NCBI GenBank assembly: GCA_040880345.1
Contig: JBBDIQ010000034.1
Location: 20,566-84,565, forward strand
Source of the DNA: Flavobacteriaceae bacterium
GTDB lineage: Bacteria; Bacteroidota; Bacteroidia; Flavobacteriales; Flavobacteriaceae
DNA: 64,000 nt
Direction of reading: 5' to 3'
Shown: piece after piece, positions 26,224 to 36,066 of the stretch
Layout: every line of letters starts with the position of its first letter
Numbering within the stretch: the stretch's first letter is position 1
Notes under the pieces: generated by a model
Told to the model about the DNA's origin: nothing
Seen by the model: only the letters and a program-made list of their open reading frames with translations
Databases searched by the model: none
Made by a program: the position numbers and the translations under genes

Positions 26224-29049
26224 ATGCATGAAAAACTTCTTAACGAAAGTCAAGCAGCAATTAAGCTTGGTATTACTAAAGAACTACTATATTCTTATGT
26301 TAGAACTGGAGTTAATGGAAGTAAACTGAAAGCAATATCAAGTAAAAGGGAAATTAAATTTCTTGAATCAGAATTAGATAAATTCGAAACTTTTTTAAAA
26401 GGTAAATGGGTAACAAATGCTAAAGAAAAAAGACCTTCAATACCTAAATTCATAAAGGAGTTTTTAAAAGTTGAGTCAAATGGACAATGTGCTAGGTGTT
26501 TTTCAGGACATCGTCTAGATGATGCTCATATAATTCCTTGGTCAAAATCATTTTCACATTTTCATCATAATTTAATTAGGCTATGTACAGATTGTCACGT
26601 GAAATATGATGATGGAATAATTTCAGAGCAAGAAATCAATGATATTAAGAGGGGATTAATTGAAAAGCTGAAAAAATCCCTTTTAATTGAAGATAATTTA
26701 TTTACAGATTCACTTCATTCAATTCCTAATCCTGATTTGAATTTTGTTGGTAGGGAAGCTTATATAACTAATATTGAGGCCACAATAAAGGGTGAAAGAA
26801 TATTATGTGTCACAGGTCCAGGTGGTATTGGAAAAACAGAGTTGTTAATTAAATCATTGGAAAAACATAAACAATTAGTAAAATGGTTTAAAACAGAAGG
26901 ACATAATTCAATACAAGATTTAAAGCGTGAAATTTTAATTGAATTTAATTCTAGCTCCTTTTCAGAATTGTATTCCTTTTTAGACGAATTGGGTTTGATT
27001 TTAGTATTTGATGGGCTAGAGAATTTAATTAATAATGATAAAGATAAAACGCTTGATTTTATAGGGGATTTATTTAGATATACTTCAAAAGTTAGATTAA
27101 TTATAACAACCCAAGTTAATATTGAAGATTACTCATTTAAAACTAAAAGTATTAAGGTTAAAGGGTTAACTAAAGCTGAGTCCAGTTTACTTTTAAAAAG
27201 TGCTTTACCAGAATTTAAATTGGAAGATTTAGATTGGGTCAATAAATTTTCAAATGGTCATGTCCTAACAATAAAACTGTTAATTGGTTTAATTAGATTT
27301 TACCAAGATTCTCAGAAAGTAAAGAATAAATTAAAAGAAAAAGGGGTTGACTTTATCTCTTCTCCCTCGAGAATACAGCAAAATATTAAATCATCTCTTA
27401 ATCTTTGTTTGAGGATAAGCTATGAGGCTCTAAATGATTCAGAACAATATATTTTAGTTCTTTTGACAAATTTCCCAGGAGGCGTTAAAGAGTATTTTCT
27501 TGATAACTTTAAAAAAGATACTTTTTTTGAAGATGTTAATATTGATGATTTTGATCGTATAGTAGCAAGATTAAACCAATTTAATTTAATTGATAAGGAA
27601 TTTGACCCATTGAATCAAAGTAGATTATTCTTGATTAATCCAATCAGACAGTTTGTAATGTCTGAGATTAAGAGAAAATCATTAAAAACTTGGCATAGAT
27701 TAAGAATTATTGCATTTGAAAATTTAATGATGGAAACATTGGCTATTTATAGCCATAATGTTCAAACAGAAAGATGGGAATATGCAATTTTAAGATACGA
27801 GGTAGAACTTACGAACTATATTTATTCAATTAAATGTTCAATTCATTCTGCATATTGTGAGAAGTGTATAAAACATAGTGATAAGAAGGAATATTTGAGA
27901 ATTATTACAGGATTTGCAGGAGGGTTATACAAATACTTATTTACAAGAGGTCATTATTTATATGGATTAAAGATTAATGAAGAAGGAGCGAAAGCTCATA
28001 TGGAATTAGGTGAGTATGATTTAGCATTGGAAGATTTGACAATGTTAGCTCAACTCTATATTAGAAATGATGATATGAAAAACGCTCAAAGGATTCTTGA
28101 GCAAATGAAACATTGTAGCTTGAAAATAAATGATTCCTATAAATTATTTTACATTTATCTAGTTGAAGGACAAATTATTAAAAAAACTCAGCCTGAGAAC
28201 TCTATAAATTTATTTTTTAGAGCGTTGGAATTGTTATCTATCTCATCATATGATACTGACTTTAAAAATTCAAACACAGCTCTTTTAAATGCTGAAATAG
28301 GAAGGATTTACGAAACTTGTTATGGAGATTTTGAAACAGCACTTGAGTATTATACAAAGGCTTCTAATATTTATAATGGCATTAAAGATTATTCAAATTT
28401 GTACTCTTGCTTTTATCATATTGGTAACTGCTATTCCAATAAATGCGATTTTAAATTGTCTCTTAAATATTACAGAAAAAGTTTGATGGGATTTATGAGG
28501 ACTGGTCAAAAACAATATATTGGAAATGCTTTGTCAGAAATAGCTCGTTTGAGAGTAGACTACCCAATATTAGATTATAGTTTCATTGATAAAAACATAA
28601 TTAATTCTGGATTAATGGATATTCAAGAAGAAATTAAATTATCATTAAAAACTAATCCAAATTTAGAACAGTATCATTTAAATTCAGGTCTTTCAAAAAA
28701 TCAAATTTATAAGTTATGGTCTATTATTAAACTTGCAAGCTTTACTAGCCATTTGGTATTAATAAATGATTGGTGTAATGGACTTTTGAATAGTATTCAA
28801 AATGATAAAGATATAAGATTTTCATACCCTTGGTTTTTCTTAAACATAGCACTGCTCGTAAGCCAAATTGAAAAAAAGGAAAGTATAGATGAGAACATAA
28901 AGTCTATTAAACAACTTTGCTATTTACATGGGGGAGAAGTAGAGCATGATATTTTTGACCCATTTAAATGGTTGGCTTTATGGCTAGATTACAAAGAAAT
29001 AGAAAAGACAACTAGGGGTCAATTGTTTGCAGAGATTGAAATTTTATAA
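26224..29049 (+). CDS. HTH-HNH endonuclease-NB-ARC (STAND) NTPase-TPR protein
   Basis: N-terminal HTH; CARC..AHIIPW....N...LCTDCH (HNH); GPGGIGKT, LVFDGLE, IITTQ, GHVL, SYEAL; C-terminal TPR-like helices. Confidence 0.8.
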   Translation: MHEKLLNESQAAIKLGITKELLYSYVRTGVNGSKLKAISSKREIKFLESELDKFETFLKGKWVTNAKEKRPSIPKFIKEFLKVESNGQCARCFSGHRLDDAHIIPWSKSFSHFHHNLIRLCTDCHVKYDDGIISEQEINDIKRGLIEKLKKSLLIEDNLFTDSLHSIPNPDLNFVGREAYITNIEATIKGERILCVTGPGGIGKTELLIKSLEKHKQLVKWFKTEGHNSIQDLKREILIEFNSSSFSELYSFLDELGLILVFDGLENLINNDKDKTLDFIGDLFRYTSKVRLIITTQVNIEDYSFKTKSIKVKGLTKAESSLLLKSALPEFKLEDLDWVNKFSNGHVLTIKLLIGLIRFYQDSQKVKNKLKEKGVDFISSPSRIQQNIKSSLNLCLRISYEALNDSEQYILVLLTNFPGGVKEYFLDNFKKDTFFEDVNIDDFDRIVARLNQFNLIDKEFDPLNQSRLFLINPIRQFVMSEIKRKSLKTWHRLRIIAFENLMMETLAIYSHNVQTERWEYAILRYEVELTNYIYSIKCSIHSAYCEKCIKHSDKKEYLRIITGFAGGLYKYLFTRGHYLYGLKINEEGAKAHMELGEYDLALEDLTMLAQLYIRNDDMKNAQRILEQMKHCSLKINDSYKLFYIYLVEGQIIKKTQPENSINLFFRALELLSISSYDTDFKNSNTALLNAEIGRIYETCYGDFETALEYYTKASNIYNGIKDYSNLYSCFYHIGNCYSNKCDFKLSLKYYRKSLMGFMRTGQKQYIGNALSEIARLRVDYPILDYSFIDKNIINSGLMDIQEEIKLSLKTNPNLEQYHLNSGLSKNQIYKLWSIIKLASFTSHLVLINDWCNGLLNSIQNDKDIRFSYPWFFLNIALLVSQIEKKESIDENIKSIKQLCYLHGGEVEHDIFDPFKWLALWLDYKEIEKTTRGQLFAEIEIL

Positions 29050-29051
29050 TA

Positions 29052-30812
29052 TTATTTTTTTGGCTTAAATGTTTTTACATCCTTTAAAAACTCAAAAATT
29101 GTCTTAATACCATGTTTTGTAGAGGGGATTTTCAAACTCCCTTTCGGAAAAGATTCTGAATTACTAGGTTTGGTAACTTTGTCTATTTTCTTCTTTAAAG
29201 CTTCTAGTTCTTTTTTCGTATCATTTAATGAAATACCTTTATCAAAAAGATAATATCTCAAGAGACGAATAAATGCTGAAACATATTTTGAGGAAATTAA
29301 GAAAGTACTTGTATCCTTTTTCCAATCATATTTAAACACCTGCCTCACATAATTAAAGTATTGGTCTAAAATACTTTTAGACTTCCTACATAATTCTAAA
29401 GGGTGCTTATCAAAATGTGTTCTTTTTTTTCCAAAAATATTCTCAAATTCTTTTTCAGTTATACTTTTTTTATTTGTTTTTAGGCCTTTTATAAAAGGTA
29501 TTAAATCATTATCAACAATTGTAGTTATTGGAATACTTGGAAGATTAAATTTGTTTTTTCTATTGAGAGAATTTGTTAAAAAAACGTTCCCTAGAGGTTT
29601 AGATTCAGATGAATTATTACATAATAGAATTATTTTCCCAGCAAGAGCTTCACTATCTTTTTCACCCAAAACATCGTATTTTATTAGATAGATTAAGTTG
29701 TTTTTAACTCTTGCTTGATTTGAGTTTATTTCAACAAACACTTTTGCAGCATTTTTAGTTATATCTTCAATTTTAGTTGTTTTAAATTTAATTGCAGTTG
29801 CTAAAATTTCAGATTTTTCAAGTGTTAGTTGGCTAATATTATTTTTTGTGTATCCATAAAGTCTATGTTGTCCATCTATGATATCAATAGAACTGAATTT
29901 TTTAGGGATTGATAATTTAGTAATACCGCCATTAGTCTCTTCAGTACATTCATTGCTTAATACTAGGGTAATAGTATTTGGAAAGAGCTTTCTTTTATCA
30001 TCATCAATAAAATTTTTAGAAATATTCTCAATCTTACTTTCTATCAATAATCTTTGATAGTTGTGTTTGGTATTTTCTTCTTCTAAAATAAATGGGATAC
30101 CCTCATATCTAGAAACCCTTGCAATTCTTAGTAGTTGGTCAACTGTAAATTTTAGTAAATAAACATCAGCTTTTACTTTATTCCCTGTAATGTATTTATT
30201 ATCCGCTTTTAAGAAGTCTAATTTTATTGATTCATCACTTTCACCATATTCCTCAGGTGTAAACTCCATTGATGATAGAAATTCATTTTTTGAATGGTGA
30301 CCAATTAAATTGGAAAGTTGTCTTAAATATTCAAGTGTATTAGGTTTAATAATGTATAAGCTTTTTTGTATATCTGGATAATCAGGAAAATCAGCTCTAG
30401 TTAGTTCTTCGTTTTGTATTTTAGAATTGGTTCCGAAATAAACATATTTAAAATTTTCTACCTCTTTAAAGTCTTCTAATTTATTAGCTGGTATATTAAA
30501 AAGTTTAAACTTCTCTTCTAATGAGAGATGGCTTGAGTTGATTAAAAGGTTTGAGTTTCTATTAAATTTTTTGATTTTTGATTTGAATCCACTATTTTCT
30601 GACGTGTATTCAAGTAATAAGCAAGTTTTATTTATTAGTAAAACCCCATCTATTTCTAAGTGATTACCTCTAGATTGAGTAGGGTCTAATAGTGACAATT
30701 CTATTTGACCAGGGCTAGGATAATAATCCTCAAACCCTAAATCATTCTTTATAAAAGATTGAAACCAATCCTCAAGTTTTTTACCAGTTAAATCTTCAAA
30801 AGGTTTTGCCAT
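29052..30812 (-). CDS. DGQHR-domain (DndB/PbeA-like) protein with N-terminal nuclease-like region
   Basis: YQR, FPNTI, IIDGQHRLYG, FVEINSNQ motifs; N-terminal EIDGVL..LLEY. Confidence 0.82.
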   Translation of the reverse strand: MAKPFEDLTGKKLEDWFQSFIKNDLGFEDYYPSPGQIELSLLDPTQSRGNHLEIDGVLLINKTCLLLEYTSENSGFKSKIKKFNRNSNLLINSSHLSLEEKFKLFNIPANKLEDFKEVENFKYVYFGTNSKIQNEELTRADFPDYPDIQKSLYIIKPNTLEYLRQLSNLIGHHSKNEFLSSMEFTPEEYGESDESIKLDFLKADNKYITGNKVKADVYLLKFTVDQLLRIARVSRYEGIPFILEEENTKHNYQRLLIESKIENISKNFIDDDKRKLFPNTITLVLSNECTEETNGGITKLSIPKKFSSIDIIDGQHRLYGYTKNNISQLTLEKSEILATAIKFKTTKIEDITKNAAKVFVEINSNQARVKNNLIYLIKYDVLGEKDSEALAGKIILLCNNSSESKPLGNVFLTNSLNRKNKFNLPSIPITTIVDNDLIPFIKGLKTNKKSITEKEFENIFGKKRTHFDKHPLELCRKSKSILDQYFNYVRQVFKYDWKKDTSTFLISSKYVSAFIRLLRYYLFDKGISLNDTKKELEALKKKIDKVTKPSNSESFPKGSLKIPSTKHGIKTIFEFLKDVKTFKPKK

Positions 30813-30826
30813 TTTAAGTAGTTATT

Positions 30827-31282
30827 TTAATTATCTAAGGAATCCAATAGGAAGTTGATATAATCATTTGGATGATTAAAATAGTCTGGATTAGAACTAA
30901 TTTTTCCGTGTATTATCTCAAAACCACCATTAGCAAACTCTTCAATTGTTTTGTTTAATTCTGTGACATCTTGCAAAATTTCATGGCCTTTTTTAGCTAC
31001 AGCAAAAAGTATTAATGATTGAAAAATCCTTTCTCCATTATTATTAATGGTTGTATACTTAAAAGTCTCTTTTTTTAAATCACCTTCTAATGGTTTACTG
31101 ACTCCTTCAATAAATCCTAAAGTTGCAGCCCAAGCAAATGGCATCCATTGCTGCTTAAAATATTTAGTTTTATCTTGCTCTTTAACTCCTTCACTTGTAG
31201 CAAATTTTGCTACGATATTCTCATAGTCAAACATTTCCATTTTTGGCGAAATGTTTTGTATATCCATGTATATTGTTGACAT
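30827..31282 (-). CDS. DndE-like / phosphorothioation-associated small protein
   Basis: 151 aa, FAWAATLGF and IEEFANGGFEII motifs; overlaps the ATPase stop. Confidence 0.62.
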   Translation of the reverse strand: MSTIYMDIQNISPKMEMFDYENIVAKFATSEGVKEQDKTKYFKQQWMPFAWAATLGFIEGVSKPLEGDLKKETFKYTTINNNGERIFQSLILFAVAKKGHEILQDVTELNKTIEEFANGGFEIIHGKISSNPDYFNHPNDYINFLLDSLDN

Positions 31283-33390
31283 TACTTTATAGGATTTATT
31301 ATTGTGTAACTATTTATTATAGAAGACTCACCTGGTGTGTCAGATGACTTCTCAATTGTATGAATAGATTTAGTAAACTCTTCATTTTTATATGCATCAA
31401 TTTCAAGGTGTATATCTTTTAGAATAACTAATCCTTGAGTAAAATTTTCAGATACAGATTTAATAAATGGCTTTGTTATTGTATCATCAAAATTTGAAGT
31501 AGGAGCATCTACTATAAAAGGATAACTTTCACCTTTATATTCATTAGATAACTTTAATACAGAGCTTATTAGTGACATTTTCGCTAATGTTTCTTGAGCT
31601 CCATGACCAGGATTTGGATTGCCATCTTTATCAACAAATGAGATGGAATAATCATCTTTACTGATTTTAACATATAGTACTATTATATCATTGTCTTTTG
31701 ACTGTTGGATAATACTTTTCTGAATTTTGTTGGCTTCATTTTCAATTTTCTCAATGAGATCATTTTTTTCTATATCAACTTTTTTATCAATGATTTGCTT
31801 GATTTCATACAAATAATTTAAAGACTTCTTCTCAGGTATTTCATTAACATCTATTTCTTCAAGACCAACTAATTCCTCAAACTTTTTATTTAATCCTCTT
31901 ATTTCAGACTCTAGTCCTCTAACCTGCTTATCATAAAACTCTTTTTGACTTCTTTTAGTTGCTAGGTCACCTTTTACTCTTTGAATTGCACTAGTGATAG
32001 TCTTTGGGTCTAATTCCAGTATTTGATAGCCTTTTTCTTTTATTAAATCTTCAATCTTCTCTTTTGTCTTTTTTAGTGCTTCATTAATACTAGCAATTTC
32101 ACCTTCTTTTTCCTTATTTCTTAAAATATGATTTTTTAAATCCCGCTTTATATCTGAAGTTGATGTTTTTATTGGAGAAATGTTTTTCACAATGTCCATA
32201 ACTTTCTCATTCAAGTCCTCAACTTCGTCTGAAAGAAGATTCTTAACTTTTTTATTTTCATCAAGATGCGTTTCGATAATTTTGATTAAATCAGGATTGT
32301 CTTTTTCTGTAGTTCCACATATCAAACATTTTCTCTCTTTAACCATTCTTCTAATTAAATGGTCTCCAGGCACTCCTAACTCTAATTGCTCTCTACTTAC
32401 AGCGATTTCATTTTGTCGCCAAGAAATAAATTTCCTCAACTCAACCTCTGCCTTATCTAGCAGAGGATGACTTTTAGCAATTATCCATTTATTGATAAAT
32501 AATTGCTTACTCTCCTTATCTATTGTTTCTAAATTGTCAAATGCTCTTTTTCTTTGGTATTCTAATCTATTCTCCTCTTCTTTTAAATCAGGAAAACCAG
32601 CAACAAAACTTAATTTTTCAGTATATTCCTTTTCCTTTTCCTCAAGCTTTTCAATATCAATTTTGGCCTGTTTAAATTTATCTTTTTTGGCTGTTAAATC
32701 TCTTTGTTTTGATTCTAAATCATAGTTTAATTGTTGAGACTTTTTTTGGTCTCTAGCATTCGCTTGTAGTTTATTTCTATATTTTCTATCAGTTTTTTCA
32801 ATTATATCATCAATTATTCTTGACATTCTTGAAAATAGAGGTAGATAGGATATTTGTTTAACTGCTTGTTCAAGAGTATTTGGGTTTGAGAAGTCAATTA
32901 ATTGATTAAGGGTCTCACCCTTAAACAACAAATACTTTCTTAATTTTTCTGGAAAAAGTTCGTCTAGTTTTGATTCAACTTCCCTTCTATCCAAAATCAC
33001 TTTTGAATTACCAGTTCTTGGTTCTTCAAAACTTATCGAAGTATTGATTTCTTGGATTTGACAGTCATTATTTTTAATTGTATATACATTTTCTTTCTTA
33101 ATCCTATATACAATGCTATCCTCTTCAACAAAAATAGTAACACTAGATTCTATCTGGTTTATATTTTTTTGTAAGGATTCAAACTCAAACTTTTTATTTA
33201 AAATAAAATCTTCATCAATATTGTCTTTGAAAGACATGCTATCAAGTAAAACCCACTGAAACGCTTCATATAAACTTGTTTTTCCTGTTCCAATTTTACC
33301 AGAAACAATATTAAGTCCATTTTTAAAATTGAAGACTTGATTGCCATAATAAGACTTGAAATTATTTAGTTCAACTTTCTGTATTATCAT
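31282..33390 (-). CDS. SMC/DndD-like AAA ATPase with central CxxC zinc hook
   Basis: NFKSY, Walker A GKIGTGKTS, LLFKGE, CLICG in mid coiled coil, FIVDAP Walker B/D-loop. Confidence 0.85.
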   Translation of the reverse strand: MIIQKVELNNFKSYYGNQVFNFKNGLNIVSGKIGTGKTSLYEAFQWVLLDSMSFKDNIDEDFILNKKFEFESLQKNINQIESSVTIFVEEDSIVYRIKKENVYTIKNNDCQIQEINTSISFEEPRTGNSKVILDRREVESKLDELFPEKLRKYLLFKGETLNQLIDFSNPNTLEQAVKQISYLPLFSRMSRIIDDIIEKTDRKYRNKLQANARDQKKSQQLNYDLESKQRDLTAKKDKFKQAKIDIEKLEEKEKEYTEKLSFVAGFPDLKEEENRLEYQRKRAFDNLETIDKESKQLFINKWIIAKSHPLLDKAEVELRKFISWRQNEIAVSREQLELGVPGDHLIRRMVKERKCLICGTTEKDNPDLIKIIETHLDENKKVKNLLSDEVEDLNEKVMDIVKNISPIKTSTSDIKRDLKNHILRNKEKEGEIASINEALKKTKEKIEDLIKEKGYQILELDPKTITSAIQRVKGDLATKRSQKEFYDKQVRGLESEIRGLNKKFEELVGLEEIDVNEIPEKKSLNYLYEIKQIIDKKVDIEKNDLIEKIENEANKIQKSIIQQSKDNDIIVLYVKISKDDYSISFVDKDGNPNPGHGAQETLAKMSLISSVLKLSNEYKGESYPFIVDAPTSNFDDTITKPFIKSVSENFTQGLVILKDIHLEIDAYKNEEFTKSIHTIEKSSDTPGESSIINSYTIINPIK

Positions 33391-33401
33391 AACTTAATTT
33401 T

Positions 33402-33599
33402 TTAACTAAATAAATCAACTATATTATTAGTTTGAGCTTTAATATTGGGGTCTATATTTTCTCCTCTATCTTCTTTAACAGCTAAATCTATAACTCTGTT
33501 AAGAATATCATTTAGCACTTTTTTGTCTAATTCATTCTCTTTATTATCTTCTATTAAACTTTTAAAAGAATCAAATATTTTTTTCTGATATGTTGGCAT
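33402..33599 (-). CDS. 65-aa hypothetical protein in the defence operon
   Basis: Tight packing (4 and 11 nt gaps) between the helicase and ATPase genes. Confidence 0.7.
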   Translation of the reverse strand: MPTYQKKIFDSFKSLIEDNKENELDKKVLNDILNRVIDLAVKEDRGENIDPNIKAQTNNIVDLFS

Positions 33600-33603
33600 A
33601 ATT

Positions 33604-35892
33604 CTATTTGTTATCTATTTCTATTAATTCATTTATTAAGCTGAAAATGTCTAAGTTATATAATTCTGTTAATTCAACAAGTTTTTTTATATCACTATTT
33701 CTTTGTATATGTAAATCGGACAAATTTTCACTTGCATATAAAAAATTTGCTACTCTATAAAGTTCATTCCTAAAAATATTAATTTCCATTTTTTGGAGCT
33801 TTTCTCTCTTATCCTTTGGAAATAAATTCCAATATGAGATATCATTGGGTTCTATAATTAGGTCATAAACAGTTGCATATTCTTTTCCATCATTGTTTCT
33901 TAATATTCTACCTCTTCTTTGAATAAATTGTCTAGGGTTTCCTGTGCTTGCACAGAAAATTGCACATTTAGTGGCTGGAATATCCACACCTTCATCTAAT
34001 GTCTTCATAGCAGTTAAAACCTGTATTAATCCATCATTAAATTGTTTTAGAATATTTTCTCTCTCTAACATATTCATCCCTCCAATAATTTGATGGGTTC
34101 TAATGCCTAAGTTTTGTATAGTAGTGTTATAATCATCAATAATTCTTAAGTCTTCATCATCTGTTACAGAAATGTCAGTTATTGAGTAATCAGGTTCAAA
34201 CCCTTCAGGCACATAAACGATGGTGTGTTTGAAGTCTTTATCATTTATTTCTTTTAGAATTTCAATTAACTTATCTTTCTTGTTTGATGCTTGGTGTATT
34301 ATTCTTTTTCGTTGAATTAAAAGATTAGAGGCTTCCTCTTTGTAAGTGCCTTTTTCAAAATCAAAAAACTTCAATAATCTTTCTGAATACTGAGCATAAG
34401 CTTCCATCTCAGTTTCATTTAATTTGATAAACTTCGGAGAGTAAAAGTAAGGAGTTAGAAAACCACTTTTAATAGCTTTTAACATTGTGTAACTAAATGT
34501 ATGATTTGGAGAAAAAGAATTAAAGTATTTTTCAATCTCATAAGTCCCTGACTCATCAAAGTTTCTGTTGGGAGTTGCAGATAGCCCTATTCTTTTATTT
34601 ATTCCAAACAAGTAGTTACTGATAGATTTTTTTGTGCCAAGGTTGTGAGCTTCATCAGCTATTAATATAGTTTCTTGACACTTGAAATTTTCGAATATTT
34701 TTTGAAATTTTTTACCATTATAGGAAGCATATGTTGATATAAATATGTAATTGGAGTTAATTCCTAATCTTTTTTCAAGCTGAATAGTTTTTAGTTTATC
34801 TTGCCAATTTTTGTCATAAGTAGTAAAAATATTATTGAAATTAAACTTTTTACATTCATTTATCCATTGATTGACTAGAATCTGTGTTGGCACTAAAATA
34901 ATAGCATTATAAAACCCACTAATTTTATATTCCTCTAAAACAGCGTTTAAAGAAGTTAATGTTTTACCAGTTCCAGTCGCCATCGCAAATATACCTTTAC
35001 AATTATTTTCCGCCCATTTCTCATATGCTTGTTTTTGGTAATCTCTTGGCCCTTCATCAAAAGGAAACCTAGGTTCATTCTTTATTTTAAAAAGTAATTC
35101 TTTAAACTCTATCGCCTTCTTTTTCTTGATTGTTATTATTCTTTCTGAATATGTGTAATCCTCATTTTCATTTTCCTCTATAGTTGCTTTAATCAAATCT
35201 TCGAGGCTTTTATTTTCTCCAAAATCATCAATAAGTTCTTCAATATCTTTATTATCTAAATACTTGTATGATGGATGTTTTCGATTAAAGACTTCATCAA
35301 ACAATGAAATCTGTTCATCAACACGTTCTTCAAATATTTTATTTATCCATGGCACGTCTACATTAAAACTTTCACCATTTTTAACGATTCCGGCAGGTGT
35401 AAAGTTCATGCTGCCCATAGTCAAAATTGCATCTGTGTCATCATAAAACAACATTGCTTTTTTATGACTTAAATCTTTTTTACCAAAATAGACTGGCTGT
35501 AATTGTAACCTCCCATTTCTTTTTAAATATTTTAAACAATCAAAAAACAATTTACCTTTTGAATCTAATGCTTCCTTTAGTTTCTTTAAATCACCTAATA
35601 CTTCACTTATATCATTGAGGTAATCAGCTCCATCATCATTTAATAAATTTTCTTTGTCTAAGGGGGAGTAAAAATGATTAGTAATAATCCTCATTGAACC
35701 CCCATTGTATATAAACTCAGCAAAAGATTCTGATAAAATGCTAAAGGTATAAGAGTTGAAATAACCTAAAAAAAGATCGATCCGTTTTGAAACTGGAAAA
35801 GCTTGATTGTAAAATTCAAATGGCACATGTTCAGAATCTGAACTGTAAGAGTAAGTCTTTGGGAATTTTATATCTTTTAAGCTGTTGGTCAT
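33604..35892 (-). CDS. PLD(HKD)-nuclease-like domain fused to an SF2 DEAH helicase (phosphorothioation-associated restriction enzyme type)
   Basis: HKKAMLFYD..GSMNFT; ATGTGKT, IADEAH, LSATP, LDEGVDIP, QFIQRRGRILR. Confidence 0.87.
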   Translation of the reverse strand: MTNSLKDIKFPKTYSYSSDSEHVPFEFYNQAFPVSKRIDLFLGYFNSYTFSILSESFAEFIYNGGSMRIITNHFYSPLDKENLLNDDGADYLNDISEVLGDLKKLKEALDSKGKLFFDCLKYLKRNGRLQLQPVYFGKKDLSHKKAMLFYDDTDAILTMGSMNFTPAGIVKNGESFNVDVPWINKIFEERVDEQISLFDEVFNRKHPSYKYLDNKDIEELIDDFGENKSLEDLIKATIEENENEDYTYSERIITIKKKKAIEFKELLFKIKNEPRFPFDEGPRDYQKQAYEKWAENNCKGIFAMATGTGKTLTSLNAVLEEYKISGFYNAIILVPTQILVNQWINECKKFNFNNIFTTYDKNWQDKLKTIQLEKRLGINSNYIFISTYASYNGKKFQKIFENFKCQETILIADEAHNLGTKKSISNYLFGINKRIGLSATPNRNFDESGTYEIEKYFNSFSPNHTFSYTMLKAIKSGFLTPYFYSPKFIKLNETEMEAYAQYSERLLKFFDFEKGTYKEEASNLLIQRKRIIHQASNKKDKLIEILKEINDKDFKHTIVYVPEGFEPDYSITDISVTDDEDLRIIDDYNTTIQNLGIRTHQIIGGMNMLERENILKQFNDGLIQVLTAMKTLDEGVDIPATKCAIFCASTGNPRQFIQRRGRILRNNDGKEYATVYDLIIEPNDISYWNLFPKDKREKLQKMEINIFRNELYRVANFLYASENLSDLHIQRNSDIKKLVELTELYNLDIFSLINELIEIDNK

Positions 35893-36066
35893 TTGCTAGT
35901 AAAAATAGGGATTTTTAAACAATTCAAAACTTTAGTTTTTTCAAATTTAAAAAAGCAGTAGGTAATTACTTTACGGAATTCCTCATTCCCTGAAAAAACT
36001 TTCCTCCAAGTCACTTCCATAAAAAAGGCTGTATAGTTCTTTCAGGACGGCTCAGCTCAGGAGATG

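Larger units (their letters stand above)
21463..35892. other. AT-rich defence island (phosphorothioation plus associated genes)
   Basis: Visibly lower G+C than the flanking ars and M14 genes; genes abut or overlap; no integrase or att duplication found by eye. Confidence 0.75.

Noticed and set aside
29052-35892. Calling the arm DndFGH, Lamassu, Wadjet or Septu
   Set aside because: Sizes and motifs do not fit DndFGH; there are no JetABD or PtuB-like partners; the DGQHR and DndE-like members point to a PT-associated family. A definitive call needs HMM searches.
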